This document shows positions 35,501 to 46,956 of a DNA stretch of 64,000 nucleotides, piece after piece. The stretch covers positions 7,378,001-7,442,000 of the forward strand of contig OU015569.1 of assembly GCA_907165135.1 (NCBI GenBank), read 5' to 3'. Under the pieces are notes generated by a model. The model was not told where the DNA came from and did not search any database. It was given only the letters and a program-made list of their open reading frames with translations. Position 1 is the first letter of the stretch; the number at the start of each line of letters is the position of its first letter. The DNA comes from Oikopleura dioica. Taxonomy: Eukaryota; Animalia; Chordata. Made by a program: the position numbers and the translations under genes.

Positions 35501-36092
35501 GCGAGTCGGACTCATCAAACCTAACCAAACGTTAAGAGTGCTCATTACGGATTAATTATTTGATCACGGCTGAAGCAAGATTGTTTGGGATCTTATCTAC
35601 GAGAGAACAAACGAGGTAAAGTGCGGTACTGAGGGTAATACACATTTGGACGATTGAATTGGAGGAGCGCAATAAAAGGCGATTAAATTCAACAGGGGAA
35701 TTATTTTAATTGTGAAAGTATTTGCAAATGTTTGGAAAAAAGTATGGAGACGTTAAATTACCATCTTGAGAAGGTGAGAGTTCTGTGCGTGACTTCTTCG
35801 CTTCTGGTTGTTTTTCATCGTCCGGTTCCATTGAAGAGCTGGATCGTTTCTGCGGGTCTGGCCGGGAGAACGCCCGCAGCGATTTCTTCTCGCCGAGAGA
35901 CTTCTCAACCTCCCGGTCGAAAATGTCCTCCGATAAAACCTTAATCAAATTGGTTTTACAAAACTGCTGATAAAGGCGAGCAATAGCGGGTGAACGCCAA
36001 TGACTAACAGAGAGCAAATTTATTAGTTCTAACAAAAATACCCCCGGGCAAAATGAGGGGGAACTTTCGGGATTCTTAGACATAGAGATCAT
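32531..36092 (-). CDS. ZMYND8: PHD-bromodomain-PWWP-MYND chromatin reader (ZMYND8/RACK7/PRKCBP1)
   Basis: PHD ([28 protein letters not shown]...FFCPEC), bromodomain ([10 protein letters not shown]...[11 protein letters not shown]), PWWP ([16 protein letters not shown]), coiled coil, MYND ([38 protein letters not shown]). The start codon is uncertain (36092 or 36083). Confidence 0.9.
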
Positions 36093-36644
36093 CTCAAAGG
36101 CGTAGGATGAGAACGAACCAAGATTCGCTTTTATGACTAGACTATTCAATATCGACTTTACATATAATGGAGCTAATTATGGAATGGCACAACAAGCCAA
36201 GTGTGAAAATCGCTACTACTAGTATCATCGGTAATTAGCTCCCGTCAAGTGCCGCTACTGTAGGTCTCTGAAGAAATGTATAATTTTGATGAAAAACAAA
36301 GGCGCGAAAAGTTAGAGAACGTCGTCTTCACTCGAAAAAAAAATATACAATTATTACGAATATAAGCATTGATGTCAATAGATTCACCGTCTCACGCTAA
36401 AATCGGAAAGAACAATATTCTCCCTAAGAGAGAGTAACGCCATCGAAAATTTGCTCTTTCTTGCGCGATTAAGTATTTTTTGCAAAGAAGGCTTACTCTT
36501 TGAATAATCATTTTTTTCATGATATTGATAAAAACTGCTTTTTTTAAATGGTTAGTTAGGTTAGATCGAGTTTCTATGATTTTGCTGAATGATAATCAAG
36601 GGAAGATTGAGTGGCACCGTCTTTCTCATGGGCGAGGGGGAAGT

Positions 36645-39401
36645 CTAGCCGACTGAGGGATTCGGCCTAGCGCTGATAAATTCTGACTTCGATTAGATTA
36701 TTTCGATAACAGGGTAAATTCACTTTTTCTAGCTACGTGGCACACCTTGGGCTTGTCGTCTTTCTTGCGTCGCTCGTTGTCTTTTTCGATTTTTCTTTCC
36801 GGGCTTCTGGAAGAGGAGTCCCTCCTGCTGCCAGTGCTCCGGCGCGATGATCTCTCGCTCCTTCTCCCCTCCGCACTCGAGCTTTTGCCAGTTTCTGCTT
36901 CCACTTCTTTTTGCTTTTTCAACTTCTCACTAAGATATTCGTCAGATACAATCACAACAGATGCAGAATGTACAATATATCTGTAAGTAAAAGCCACAGA
37001 TGTATCATATCATATGATTCATATGCTAAAATCGAAAATGAAGTCACTAAAAGCTGCATTCTTAGGCACATACAGTAAACCAAAAATAGAACTTACCTAA
37101 TGTCATTCACTTTTGTTCCCTGATCCTGCTTGGAAGTCATAAAGCGATCAATTTTGGTCTGTTCCTTTTTGATCAAATCAGAAGACTTCCTTTTAGACTC
37201 AGGTGGGGTACGTTCCGGCCGCGTTCTCGTACTTTTTTCGGGAGTTATTTTAGGAGATGGTGATTTCTCGCTGTTGCTCAATTCCTTCTCTTTCTCCTTG
37301 AGAAGATTATTCAAAGAGATGGACTTCTTCGATGAGATTTTTTCATCGCTGAGCAGCGTCTTCTCGGTCTTTTTCGGGGGCGGCGGCGGAGGTTTCTTCT
37401 CGCTATCCGTCTTCTCCGAGCTTTGAGAGCTTCTTCTTGTTTCTTTTTTCTCTATTGGGGACTTTGTTACTTCTTGAGACTTTTTAGCGGCTTCTTTTTG
37501 CGGCTTTTCAGGCGTCTTTTCACTCTTGTCCGTCATTTTTTCTGGTGATTTTTGGATAACCGTTAATGTTTTCTCCTTCTTCGGCGAGGATTTTACATCG
37601 GCTTTGGCCGTACTCTTATCGGAATCTTTCGCCGCTTCTTTCAAATTCTTCTTCTTTGGTTCGCTGCTGGATTCGGGAGTACTTTTTTCGCCTTCTTTGT
37701 CGCTTTGAGCTGGTGTTGGCTCTTTCGAATCTTTCAAGGTTTCGCTTTTGGACGTTTTCAGAATATCGTTTTTTGTCAACTCGTTTTCGGCACTTTTCTT
37801 TGGCTCTTTTTCTTCAAGAGCTTTGGCGCCTGAGCCGTTGTTCTCAGACTTCGGTTGCGTCTTGTTTTGTTGATTATCGTCTTGTTTTTTCTTTTCTGGC
37901 ACTTTTCCTCCTGATGAAGCAGCTTTTGCTGACAATTCTTCTATAGCACCTTCTTCGGAGCTTTTTTCATTCTCCGCTTTCTTTTCGACAGAAGCTTCAG
38001 GATTTTGCGCCTTCTTTTTCTCCTCACTTTTCTTTTCTTTAGTTTCAGTAGTTACTGCAGCACTATCTTTCTTCTTTTTTCCGTCATCGGCTTCATCGAG
38101 CTTTTTCCCAGGCTTTGACGGCGGCGGAGGCGGCACTTTCTCCATTTTCTCGGTGCTGTTATTTACACTCTCTCCTGTCGACGAAGCTTCGCTGCTCGGT
38201 TTTCCGATCTTTTGGAAATCAATTAGATGAACAGAGAGTTTGCGCACCTGTTGTTCTTCTTCCGTCTTTTCTTTTTCGCTTGTTTTCGATTTCTCCGGCG
38301 AAATTTTAACCTCTTTTTCGTCGCTTTTTGATGGGTTTTTCGCTTTTGGTTCTTTATCGCTTGCGCCTTCTTTTTCTAGGGTCGTTGTTTCTTCGATATT
38401 TTTGCTCTTGCTTGTTTCATCTGATTTCGCCATTGTTTTATCCTTTGCTGGAACGGTTTCAGCCGCCTTTTCGGAGTGAGCGTCTTCTTCTGTTGATCCT
38501 TCGTCGATCTTCAGACCATCGTCCAGCTCGTCATCATCGTCATCTGATCCGTAGCCAATCCCGAGGAAGTTCGAGTTGGAATTCGAGTTAGTCGTCTCCG
38601 CGGGGATCGTTTTCGACGGCGTGGAGTCGAGCAGGGACGTCTTCTTTGGTTCTAAGGTCTGCGTGGAGGGCAACGAACGAGTGTCCTTGTCCCTACTCTC
38701 ACTGTTCTGCGCTCGAGAGTTCGACTAAACACATAAATTCAATGATAACGAGAAAGAAGGTGACTCACCGGTGATCTGTCGCGATTCCTGTCGAAAGAGT
38801 TATTGAATCTGTTCTGGTTGCTTCCTCGAAAGTTGCCGCGATGATTTCGATTGGGACCACCTTTGTTGAAACCCCTAAACAAGTCGTTGCTTTTCATGTT
38901 AACTCCGCCTCAAAGTAAAAAAGAATCTCAACGCCAAATACAACATCAGAACAGTTATTCGACAGTCGATACCTTTTTTCATGCGACTTTTTGAGTTTTT
39001 GGCTTTTCCTAAAGGATAATAGTTTAAGTTGGGCAATGAATAGTAAGAATTAAAGGACTCGTGGCGAAGACAAAGTGAGCCATGTTACATAGCCCATGTA
39101 ATTTTATTATATAGTAGCCTCTCATGAGCACGAGAGCGCAGCAGACCGTGGAAGCTAGCGCAATGGGAAACAATAGATTCCATTGGTTTCTTTTTATTTT
39201 GAAGCGTTATCGGCAGAAAATTTTTGAGATCTTGAAGACGAGCGGAGAAAGACACTTACTGATGGAATGGGTTTCCATTGCGCCATGGCGGTCCGCCACC
39301 TCTTCCACGATTGTTTCTATTCCATCCGCCGTGGTTTCTGAATACAGTATTACACTCAAGCTCAGTCTGGCCAACGCTTGCCTATGTCCGCCCCGGTCCA
39401 T
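36645..39401 (-). CDS. Uncharacterised low-complexity protein: RGG/Asn-rich N-terminus plus a long K/E/S-rich region
   Basis: Exons splice in frame: MDRGGHR|NHGGWNRNNRGRGGGPPWRNGNPFHQ|KSQKLKKSHEKR|GFNKGGPNRNHRGNFRG...RDRSP|SNSRAQ..., then the 526-aa ORF 37093-38673, RYIVHSASVVIVSDEYL..., and a last exon SEFISARPNPSVG*. The first intron (39338-39381) is GC-AG. Confidence 0.7.
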
Positions 39402-40051
39402 AATTACGCTTCTTCCATCAATGCATATTCTGATTTAGTTCTAGGACTCGAGTAGGTTTTGACCGTAATGCGAGAGTTCTACCCCGTCCCGAGGGAGCTA
39501 GGAAGTGTTCTTCCAAAGCGTTTGGAATGTTCTCTTTTGATGAGAAAAATGATGCCTTTCGGATTGTTTTCTAGAGTGGTAGTAACTTGCAAGGGTGCTG
39601 TTAGGAGCGGGTGTATCGGGCTAGTCGGTTGTTGCTGGTGGTGGTTGCTTGGCGCGCGGCACCTCCAAAAAAGCTCGCAGCCGTGACGTCAGCGGCCGCC
39701 GCCCAATGACGCTTACAACGCGAAACGCCTACGCCTGATGCGCGCCAATCCCATGACTGAGTTGTGCATTTTCGGATTCCGGCGCCATTTGCCCAGCAGC
39801 GCAGCCGCGCTGGAATGTGCCTTTCCTGAGGCACCCTCCCCTTTATCCTAAAACGCGCCACCTCGGCCATCGTAGCAACCAGGTTCCAAAAGGCACTAAC
39901 GGGTGCATCAGTGGTGTTACTCTGCCCAGATAGAGACGCCCTGCTGCTTGACACCTTTCGTTATCCCCTAAACGGCCATGTTCCAGCAAGATGGTACGTC
40001 AACAGTAAAAACCGCCCTAGCGCTCTAAAAAATGACGATTCGAAATTGAAA
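39402..40051. promoter_or_regulatory. Probable bidirectional promoter between the orphan gene (-) and COP1 (+)
   Basis: GC-rich head-to-head interval with a CRE TGACGTCA (39684-39691), CCAAT (39703, 39745) and E2F-like TTGGCGC/GCGCCA sites. Confidence 0.6.
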
Positions 40052-42384
40052 ATGGATTCAGATATGAACGAATGCGTTCTCAATCTCTCCCAAGACAACG
40101 GAGGAAGCAAGAGCGAATTCAAAATCGGAGAAGCTTGGAACAGTTTGAAAACGAAAAGTCCTTCCGCTACTCGAAGAACCCCGCTGAAACGAAAACGAAT
40201 AGAAAAGATTGAGCCTGAAAGTGATTCAAACGATGGATCCTCTGGACCGACGGTGTTCGAGCCCGACTTGCATTGTAGTATCTGTGTGAACATGTTCAAA
40301 GAGCCCCATGTTACTCGATGTGGACATACTTTTTGCAGGCAGGGTATTCGAAGCGTTAAGTGTTTTTCTACCGTGGACATTTTGGCTAACTGAATAAATT
40401 GTAAAGAAGTTCAATTTCTCTGAAACGCTGATTTTACCCAAAATTAGAGGATGCTTGTCCCGGTCACTGGCTATATCGCCGAAATGCCCAAAATGCGACA
40501 CTCATGTTTCCAAAAATGACCATTTTCCAAACCACGCTATAAACGACATGATCCGCGTTAGACACAGAAATAAGAAACACCTAGGTAATTACGGTCTGCC
40601 TTGCCTATTTTACTGAAAAGATTGTAGAGCACATGACGATTGACCAGATCGTTAACTTGCCTGGGAACATTCCACTGGATTCGATCACTTCGATAATCGA
40701 CGCCCTCCAAGAGCGTCGAGAAGTCGTTGAAGACCGCCAGCAAAGAATTCACAACCACATGCTTCACCATTTTCTAAACAAAATGAAGATGATGAAGCAA
40801 ACGGAACTGGATAATCTCCGTCGTGAAATAAAAACGATTGAAGGAGACCTCGAAATCGCCGAGAGAAACGTTCGCAACTCGGCTGACAGTGAGAATGCAC
40901 TTGTTCCAGACGCTGATCGACCGGATGTGATGAGTTTAGTCGACTCAAGCTCAAGCAGAAGACGGCGGCTCGATCACCACTTCGCTGATCTGACTAGATC
41001 GTACATCGAAAACCGCTGCGCGATAACAGAAAAGTTTACCCTAGGTAAGAATCACCTGCTGATATAAAAGAAATGAATTCCAGATGATTTTTCGCACGAG
41101 TTGTCGAGATTCACTGCCTACGAAAGATTGCGACCTCTGGCAACGCTGCAATACTCAAACGAAAATATCCAACAGGTAGAAAAATATTATTTTTTTTCGA
41201 TCTTTCAAATCCCATTTTTTAGAGCTCCATCGTATCTAGCATTGATTTCGACTGTGATTCTGACTACTTTGCCGTGGCTGGTGTGACGAAGAAAATCAAA
41301 ATTTATGATTACCACAATGTGATTAGCAACTCCGTAAGCACCTTCCACTTGCCGATTCACGAGATGAGCTGTCAAAATAAGATATCATGCGTCGTGTGGA
41401 ACAAATACCACAAAAACAAGCTTGCTTCCTCCGATTACGACGGACTTATTTCGATCTGGGATACCGTGTCCGGAAAGCAGACGGAGAAGTTCAAGGAGCA
41501 CGAGAAGCGCTGTTGGAGCGTCGACTTTAACACGGTCGACCCCAAGATTCTTGCTTCTGGCTCAGATGATGCAAAAGTTCGGATATGGGCTCTAGGAATG
41601 CCCAATGCGATCACTACTATTGAAGCAAAGGTGACTCACTTGTACTCTTGTTATGTTTTAACATGTTTCTCAAGGCGAATGTCTGCTGCGTTCAATTTAA
41701 CCCCCATACAAGTATGCACGTTGCTTTCGGATCAGCGGATCACTGCGTTCACTACTACGACATTCGTCGATCAGACACACCCTTGAAGATCTACAAAGGC
41801 CACAAGAAAGCTGTTTCTTACGTTAAATTCTGCGACGAAAACACGATCGTCTCTGCTTCGACGGATTCTCAACTGAAACTGTGGAAGTGCGACGAGACTA
41901 GTCCTCAATTCACCCTTTCTGGTCATCAAAACGAACGAAATTTTGTCGGCTTAGCGACCGACGGCGACTACATTGCATGCGGATCAGAGGACAACAGTCT
42001 CTACGTCTATTATAAAGGTATATAATATACCGTATATTGCGTCTGGAGGACGTCCGAGAAGAGTTCACGATCTAGAAAATATTAATAGAAAAGAACGCGC
42101 GTCGAGAATGCGTTTAGAGGAGTATATAGAGTTTCTCTAGAGAGGGTGCCAGTTCGAGGCATCGCTGTACATAAATTGAAATAACTAGTTTTTCACTAAT
42201 TGTTTCAGGGCTCCAAAGTCCGCTGATGAAGTACGAGTTTAACTTGAAGCGCTCCCTTCTGAACGATTTGCAAAGCAACCGCGATGACTCGCAGTTCCTC
42301 TCCGCCGTGGCTTGGCGTCCAAGGTCTACCACTTTACTCGCCGCAAACTCTCAAGGCATCATCAAAGTCCTCTCCCTTGCCTGA
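40052..42384 (+). CDS. COP1: COP1 (RFWD2) RING-coiled coil-WD40 E3 ubiquitin ligase
   Basis: RING ([24 protein letters not shown]...KCPKC), coiled coil, WD40 ([81 protein letters not shown]). Confidence 0.95.
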
Positions 42385-42938
42385 TGCTTGCCGTGTAACA
42401 TTTAATTTATTGGATTTATTTGTTTATTTATGCCGTTTCTCTACCTACCCTTTGCATCATTCTCGCTCTTTACAACACCTTTTCATTCCGCTGCTGTCTT
42501 CACCTCGAAACTAAACCAATCTTGCAAAAATCTTTTATTCCTGGACCTAAATATAATATTTCAACAGATAGTTCGACTATCTTTGTTTCTTCTGAGCGTT
42601 CAACTGAGAGTGGAAAATGGATTAGCACTAAAATGGACTCGTGTCACGCCCCGAAATTCTTTGCGTTTTTTCTCTGAGAGAATTTAATCTTTCAAGCAAC
42701 GCGTCTGTTGTTCGAATTGAACATACATAGGAAGTACTTAAATAGGTATTTAGACAACTTGAATAATCTGAACTTTACCACTTACGTAACTGCCCGGTAA
42801 ATATGTTTCGTTTCAAAGGACGCCCGTAAATACGCTCAAGTACAAATATTTATTTGCACTATTCAAACAGAGTCCCAGCGAAATATTTACGAAGCAGGAA
42901 TCCTACCTTGCTAACGTTAGTTTCTAATTTCAAGAGTT

Positions 42939-45256
42939 ATGTTGCGAAGAGTCGGGCGAGTCGCCGCCCAGACAAGATCAGCTGTCTGGCAAACGCAAAT
43001 CGATAAAAATTCAGATGTCTTCAAGGAGAACGATGCTTCCTTGAGAGCTGATGTTGCCAAATTACGTGAAAGAGTTGCCGAAGTGTCCAGGGGAGGAGGT
43101 GAAAAGGTAGCAAAATGATAATGTCTCTATTTCTCAAGATCACCATCTAGTATGCCAAGCTCCATCAATCCAGAGGCAAACTTTTGCCTCGCGACCGCAT
43201 TCAGCGACTTATTGATCCAGGATCTCCATTTTTGGAACTCTCCCAACTCGCTGCTTACGATTTGTACGGCGACGAAAATGTTCCATGTGCTGGTATTCTT
43301 ACCGGAATTGGACGAGTGAACGGTACTGAGTGTGTTATTGTCGCTAATGATGCCACCGTTAAGGTATAAAAATCAAATAAGAATATCTTCTTGCCAATAA
43401 ACATTTAGGGCGGCTCTTACTACCCAATGACTGTGAAGAAGCACTTGCGTGCGCAGGAAATCGCTCGAGAGAACAATCTCCCATGCATCTATCTCGTTGA
43501 TTCTGGTGGAGCTAACCTTCCTCGACAAGCGGATGTCTTCCCAGAAAAGGAACATTTTGGGCGAATCTTCTTCAACCAGGCCAATCTCTCCGCGGAGGGC
43601 ATTCCTCAAATTGCCGTCGTTATGGGATCTTGTACCGCTGGCGGTGCTTACGTACCTGCTATGGCCGATGAATCTATCATTGTCAAGAATCAAGGAACTA
43701 TTTTCCTTGGTGGACCTCCACTGGTGCAGGCAGCTACAGGCGAAGGTAATATTAAAATAATTTTGTTGGGAATAATCCTTCTCTAGTTATTTCTGCTGAG
43801 GAACTAGGAGGTGCTGATCTTCATTGCGCTCAGTCTGGGGTCACAGACCATTACGCTCTCGATGATGAGCATGCTCTTGATCTTGCGCGAAATGTTGTCA
43901 AAAACTTGAACAGAAAGAAAACCGAGACATCTGGACGTATTCTCGATAATAAAGCGCCAATTTACAATCCAGAGGAGCTCTACGGTATTGTTGGTACTAA
44001 TCTTATGCGTCCCTATGATGTTCGCGAAGTGGTCGCCAGAATGTTTGATAACTCTGAGTTCGATGAATTCAAGGTAAATTACAGTGAAAACCCAAAATTT
44101 GCCCACCCAAAATTTGGCCGCTTTTTGTCTAAATCCGCCTTTTTTGGAACCTGAAATCAACCCAAAATTTTACCGCTTTTTCAAAAATAAAAAATTTTCC
44201 ACCAGAATTGGGCGCAAATGATGCTTTTTCTGATCATTTTTACCATTTTTAGAGTGTTTTCATCACTTAAAATGACTAAATTTCTATAAGAATGTCTTCA
44301 AACAAGCAAAAATTTGAATAAAATTTATCAAAAATGTGAAAATCATGCCGATTTTCGAAAATTTCGAAACTTTGCTTTTTGAAGGGGAAACTTGGCTACC
44401 CGGCAAAAAACCCAAAATTTGGCCGCTTTTTTCGGGAATTTACATCTGAAAACCGGCCAATTTTTGGGTTTTTACTGTATAAACTCACATTCCTTCTCTA
44501 CCTGTTATATTTAAGGCGAAGTTTGGTGACACTCTTTTCTGTGGATTTTCTACGCTTTTTGGCAATCCTGTCGGTATCATTGGAAACAATGGTGTTCTTT
44601 TCTCCGAATCTGCATTGAAGGGTACTCACTTTATTGAGCTTTGTTGCCAGCGAAATATTCCGCTTATCTTCCTCCAGAATATTACTGGCTTCATGGTTGG
44701 TCGAGAGGCTGAAGCTGGCGGTATTGCCAAGAATGGAGCAAAATTAGTCACTGCCGTAGCGTGCGCAAAGGTTTGCTTTCTTCGACATACCGTATGTCAC
44801 ATACGCGATCGCAATTTTTCAGGTTCCTAAAATTACTGTTCTGATCGGTGGATCTTATGGTGCGGGTAACTACGGTATGTGCGGACGAGCTTATTCTCCA
44901 CGATTCCTCTTTATGTGGCCGAATTCAAGAATCTCTGTCATGGGTGGTGAACAGGCTGCGACTGTCCTTTCCACTGTAACAAAGAACAAACTCGCTCGAG
45001 CCGGTCAGGAATTTACTCCTGAGATGGAACAGGCTATCAAAGAACCGATCATTGAAAGGTAGATTCCAATCACTCAGGTTTTCTCTACCTCTTATTTAGA
45101 TTTGAAGAAGAAGGGTCTCCTTATTACTCGACTGCTAGAATCTGGGATGACGGAGTGATTGACCCTGTTGATACTAGGAATGTGATGGGTCTAGCACTTT
45201 CGGCCGCGCTCAACAAGCCCATCGAGAAGACGCGCTTCGGTGTGTTCAGAATGTGA
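42939..45256 (+). CDS. MCCC2: 3-methylcrotonyl-CoA carboxylase beta subunit
   Basis: [105 protein letters not shown]-terminal FGVFRM*. Confidence 0.96.
44082..44477. mobile_element. TA-flanked Tc1/mariner-type MITE (396 bp) inside an MCCC2 intron
   Basis: TA|CAGTGAAAACCCAAAATTTGCCC ... GGCCAATTTTTGGGTTTTTACTG|TA. Internal repeated CCCAAAATTTGGCCGCTTTTT units. Confidence 0.85.
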
Positions 45257-45591
45257 GCATACCCCTTACTTTCAACTGTTCTATCTACCCCAATGAAAAC
45301 AACAAAATACCAATTTTTTTAATAAGTCTATTTACTATTGGCTATTACACGCTAAACGTACTTACGAGCACAACCGAGTTTTGCTGCGCTCTGGACGGGC
45401 GAAAAATTCATCCCCAGACGCGACTCAAAACCGCTTTCCTATTTATTACATTAATTGCTCTTGCCAATACGATTATGTCTGATTTTTCTCCTCTCTGTTC
45501 TGCAAATATTTTAATTTATTATATGACTGGTGATACAAACATACAAATTAATAAATTATAAACACTTCAAATATTTTCTTTTTCTAAGACT

Positions 45592-46890
45592 ATGGACGAC
45601 AAAAGACCCTTGGATGTCATAGATCCCGACAGCGAATGGGAATGCACTGTTGAAGCACCAGTTAATATTGCACTAGTCAAATACTGGGGGAAGAAGGATG
45701 AAAAGCTCATTTTGCCTTACAATGACTCGATAAGTCTCACACTTGACGAGACGGTGCTTGGCACTAGAACCACAGTTTCCTATTCGGCGACGTACGAAGA
45801 GGATTGCTTGGTGCTTAACGGCGAAGAACAGAAAATCTCGAGCCGACTTGAAAATGTAATAGAAGAGATCCGACGCGCCTTTCGAAAACATGCTGTGAGA
45901 AACAAAATGAATGCGCAGAATCTTATGATAATGACCAGATTCCGCTTTAGGTATAATTTATACCGTATAAACGAATTATTGAAAACGATAACCAAGTTTC
46001 ATTTTAGAATAGTCACTGAGAACAAAATGCCCACAGCAGCAGGCCTTGCATCGAGCGCTTCTGGAATGGCCTGTATAACATTTGCGCTGTGCACCGCTCT
46101 TGGAATAGCAGAAAGTGTCGACATGAGTCGACTGGCGCGTTTAGGATCGGGCTCTGCCTGTAGATCGATTTATGGAGGGCTGGTACAGTGGGAGGCTGGC
46201 AAGGAGGAAGACGGAAGCGATTCTGTCGCGAAACAGATTTACCCTGCGCATGCCTGGCCAGAACTCAGAGTGCTCGTTTTGGTCGTAAACGGCGAGAAGA
46301 AAAAAATTGGCAGCACTAAAGGAATGCAGATGTCGATAGAAACATCTGATTTTATGATTTCAAGGCCTAAGCAATGCAAAGACAGAATACAAGAAGTTTG
46401 TTGGGCATTTCAGGTTTGTAACGTTTTTGAGTACTGTTATTGCATAACTGTCTATGTATAGGCAAAGCACTTCCCTGCTCTCGGCGAAGTGATCATGAAG
46501 GACTCAAACACTCTCCATGCAATTTGCCGTGATACCCTACCACCAGTCAACTATTTAAATGAGACCTCAGAAGTGCTCATCGAATTCGTCCACGATTTGA
46601 ATAGCATTATTGGAGAAGTTTCTGTAGCGTACACTTTCGACGCTGGCCCGAACTGCTTCTTAGTTTTTCAAGAGAAACACGAACACTTGCTGAAGTGGAT
46701 TCTATCTCAAACGTTTCTTGACAGTAATGGCCTGCTTAATACTGATAAGCCCAAGTTTGATAATGATGAAAATTTATACGCCGATTTGATAAAACAATAT
46801 CAATCAAAGAATTACAAAGTTATTAAAGATTTCTATTGCACAGAAGTAGGAAGTGGACCAAAAGTCGTTAAAAATCCTACAATTATCTAA
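45592..46890 (+). CDS. MVD: Diphosphomevalonate decarboxylase
   Basis: APVNIALVKYWGK, NDSISLTL, PTAAGLASSASG, ARLGSGSACRSIYGG, IMKDSNTLHA, AYTFDAGPN. Confidence 0.96.
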
Positions 46891-46956
46891 TTTATTTTTT
46901 GATCTGAAAGTAAAGCTATCTTCCGAAACCACTCAGCGAAAGTTCATAACTTTAGA

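Noticed and set aside
39207-39401. 64-aa minus-strand ORF as a standalone gene
   Set aside because: Better explained as the first two exons of the orphan RGG gene joined by a 44-nt GC-AG intron.
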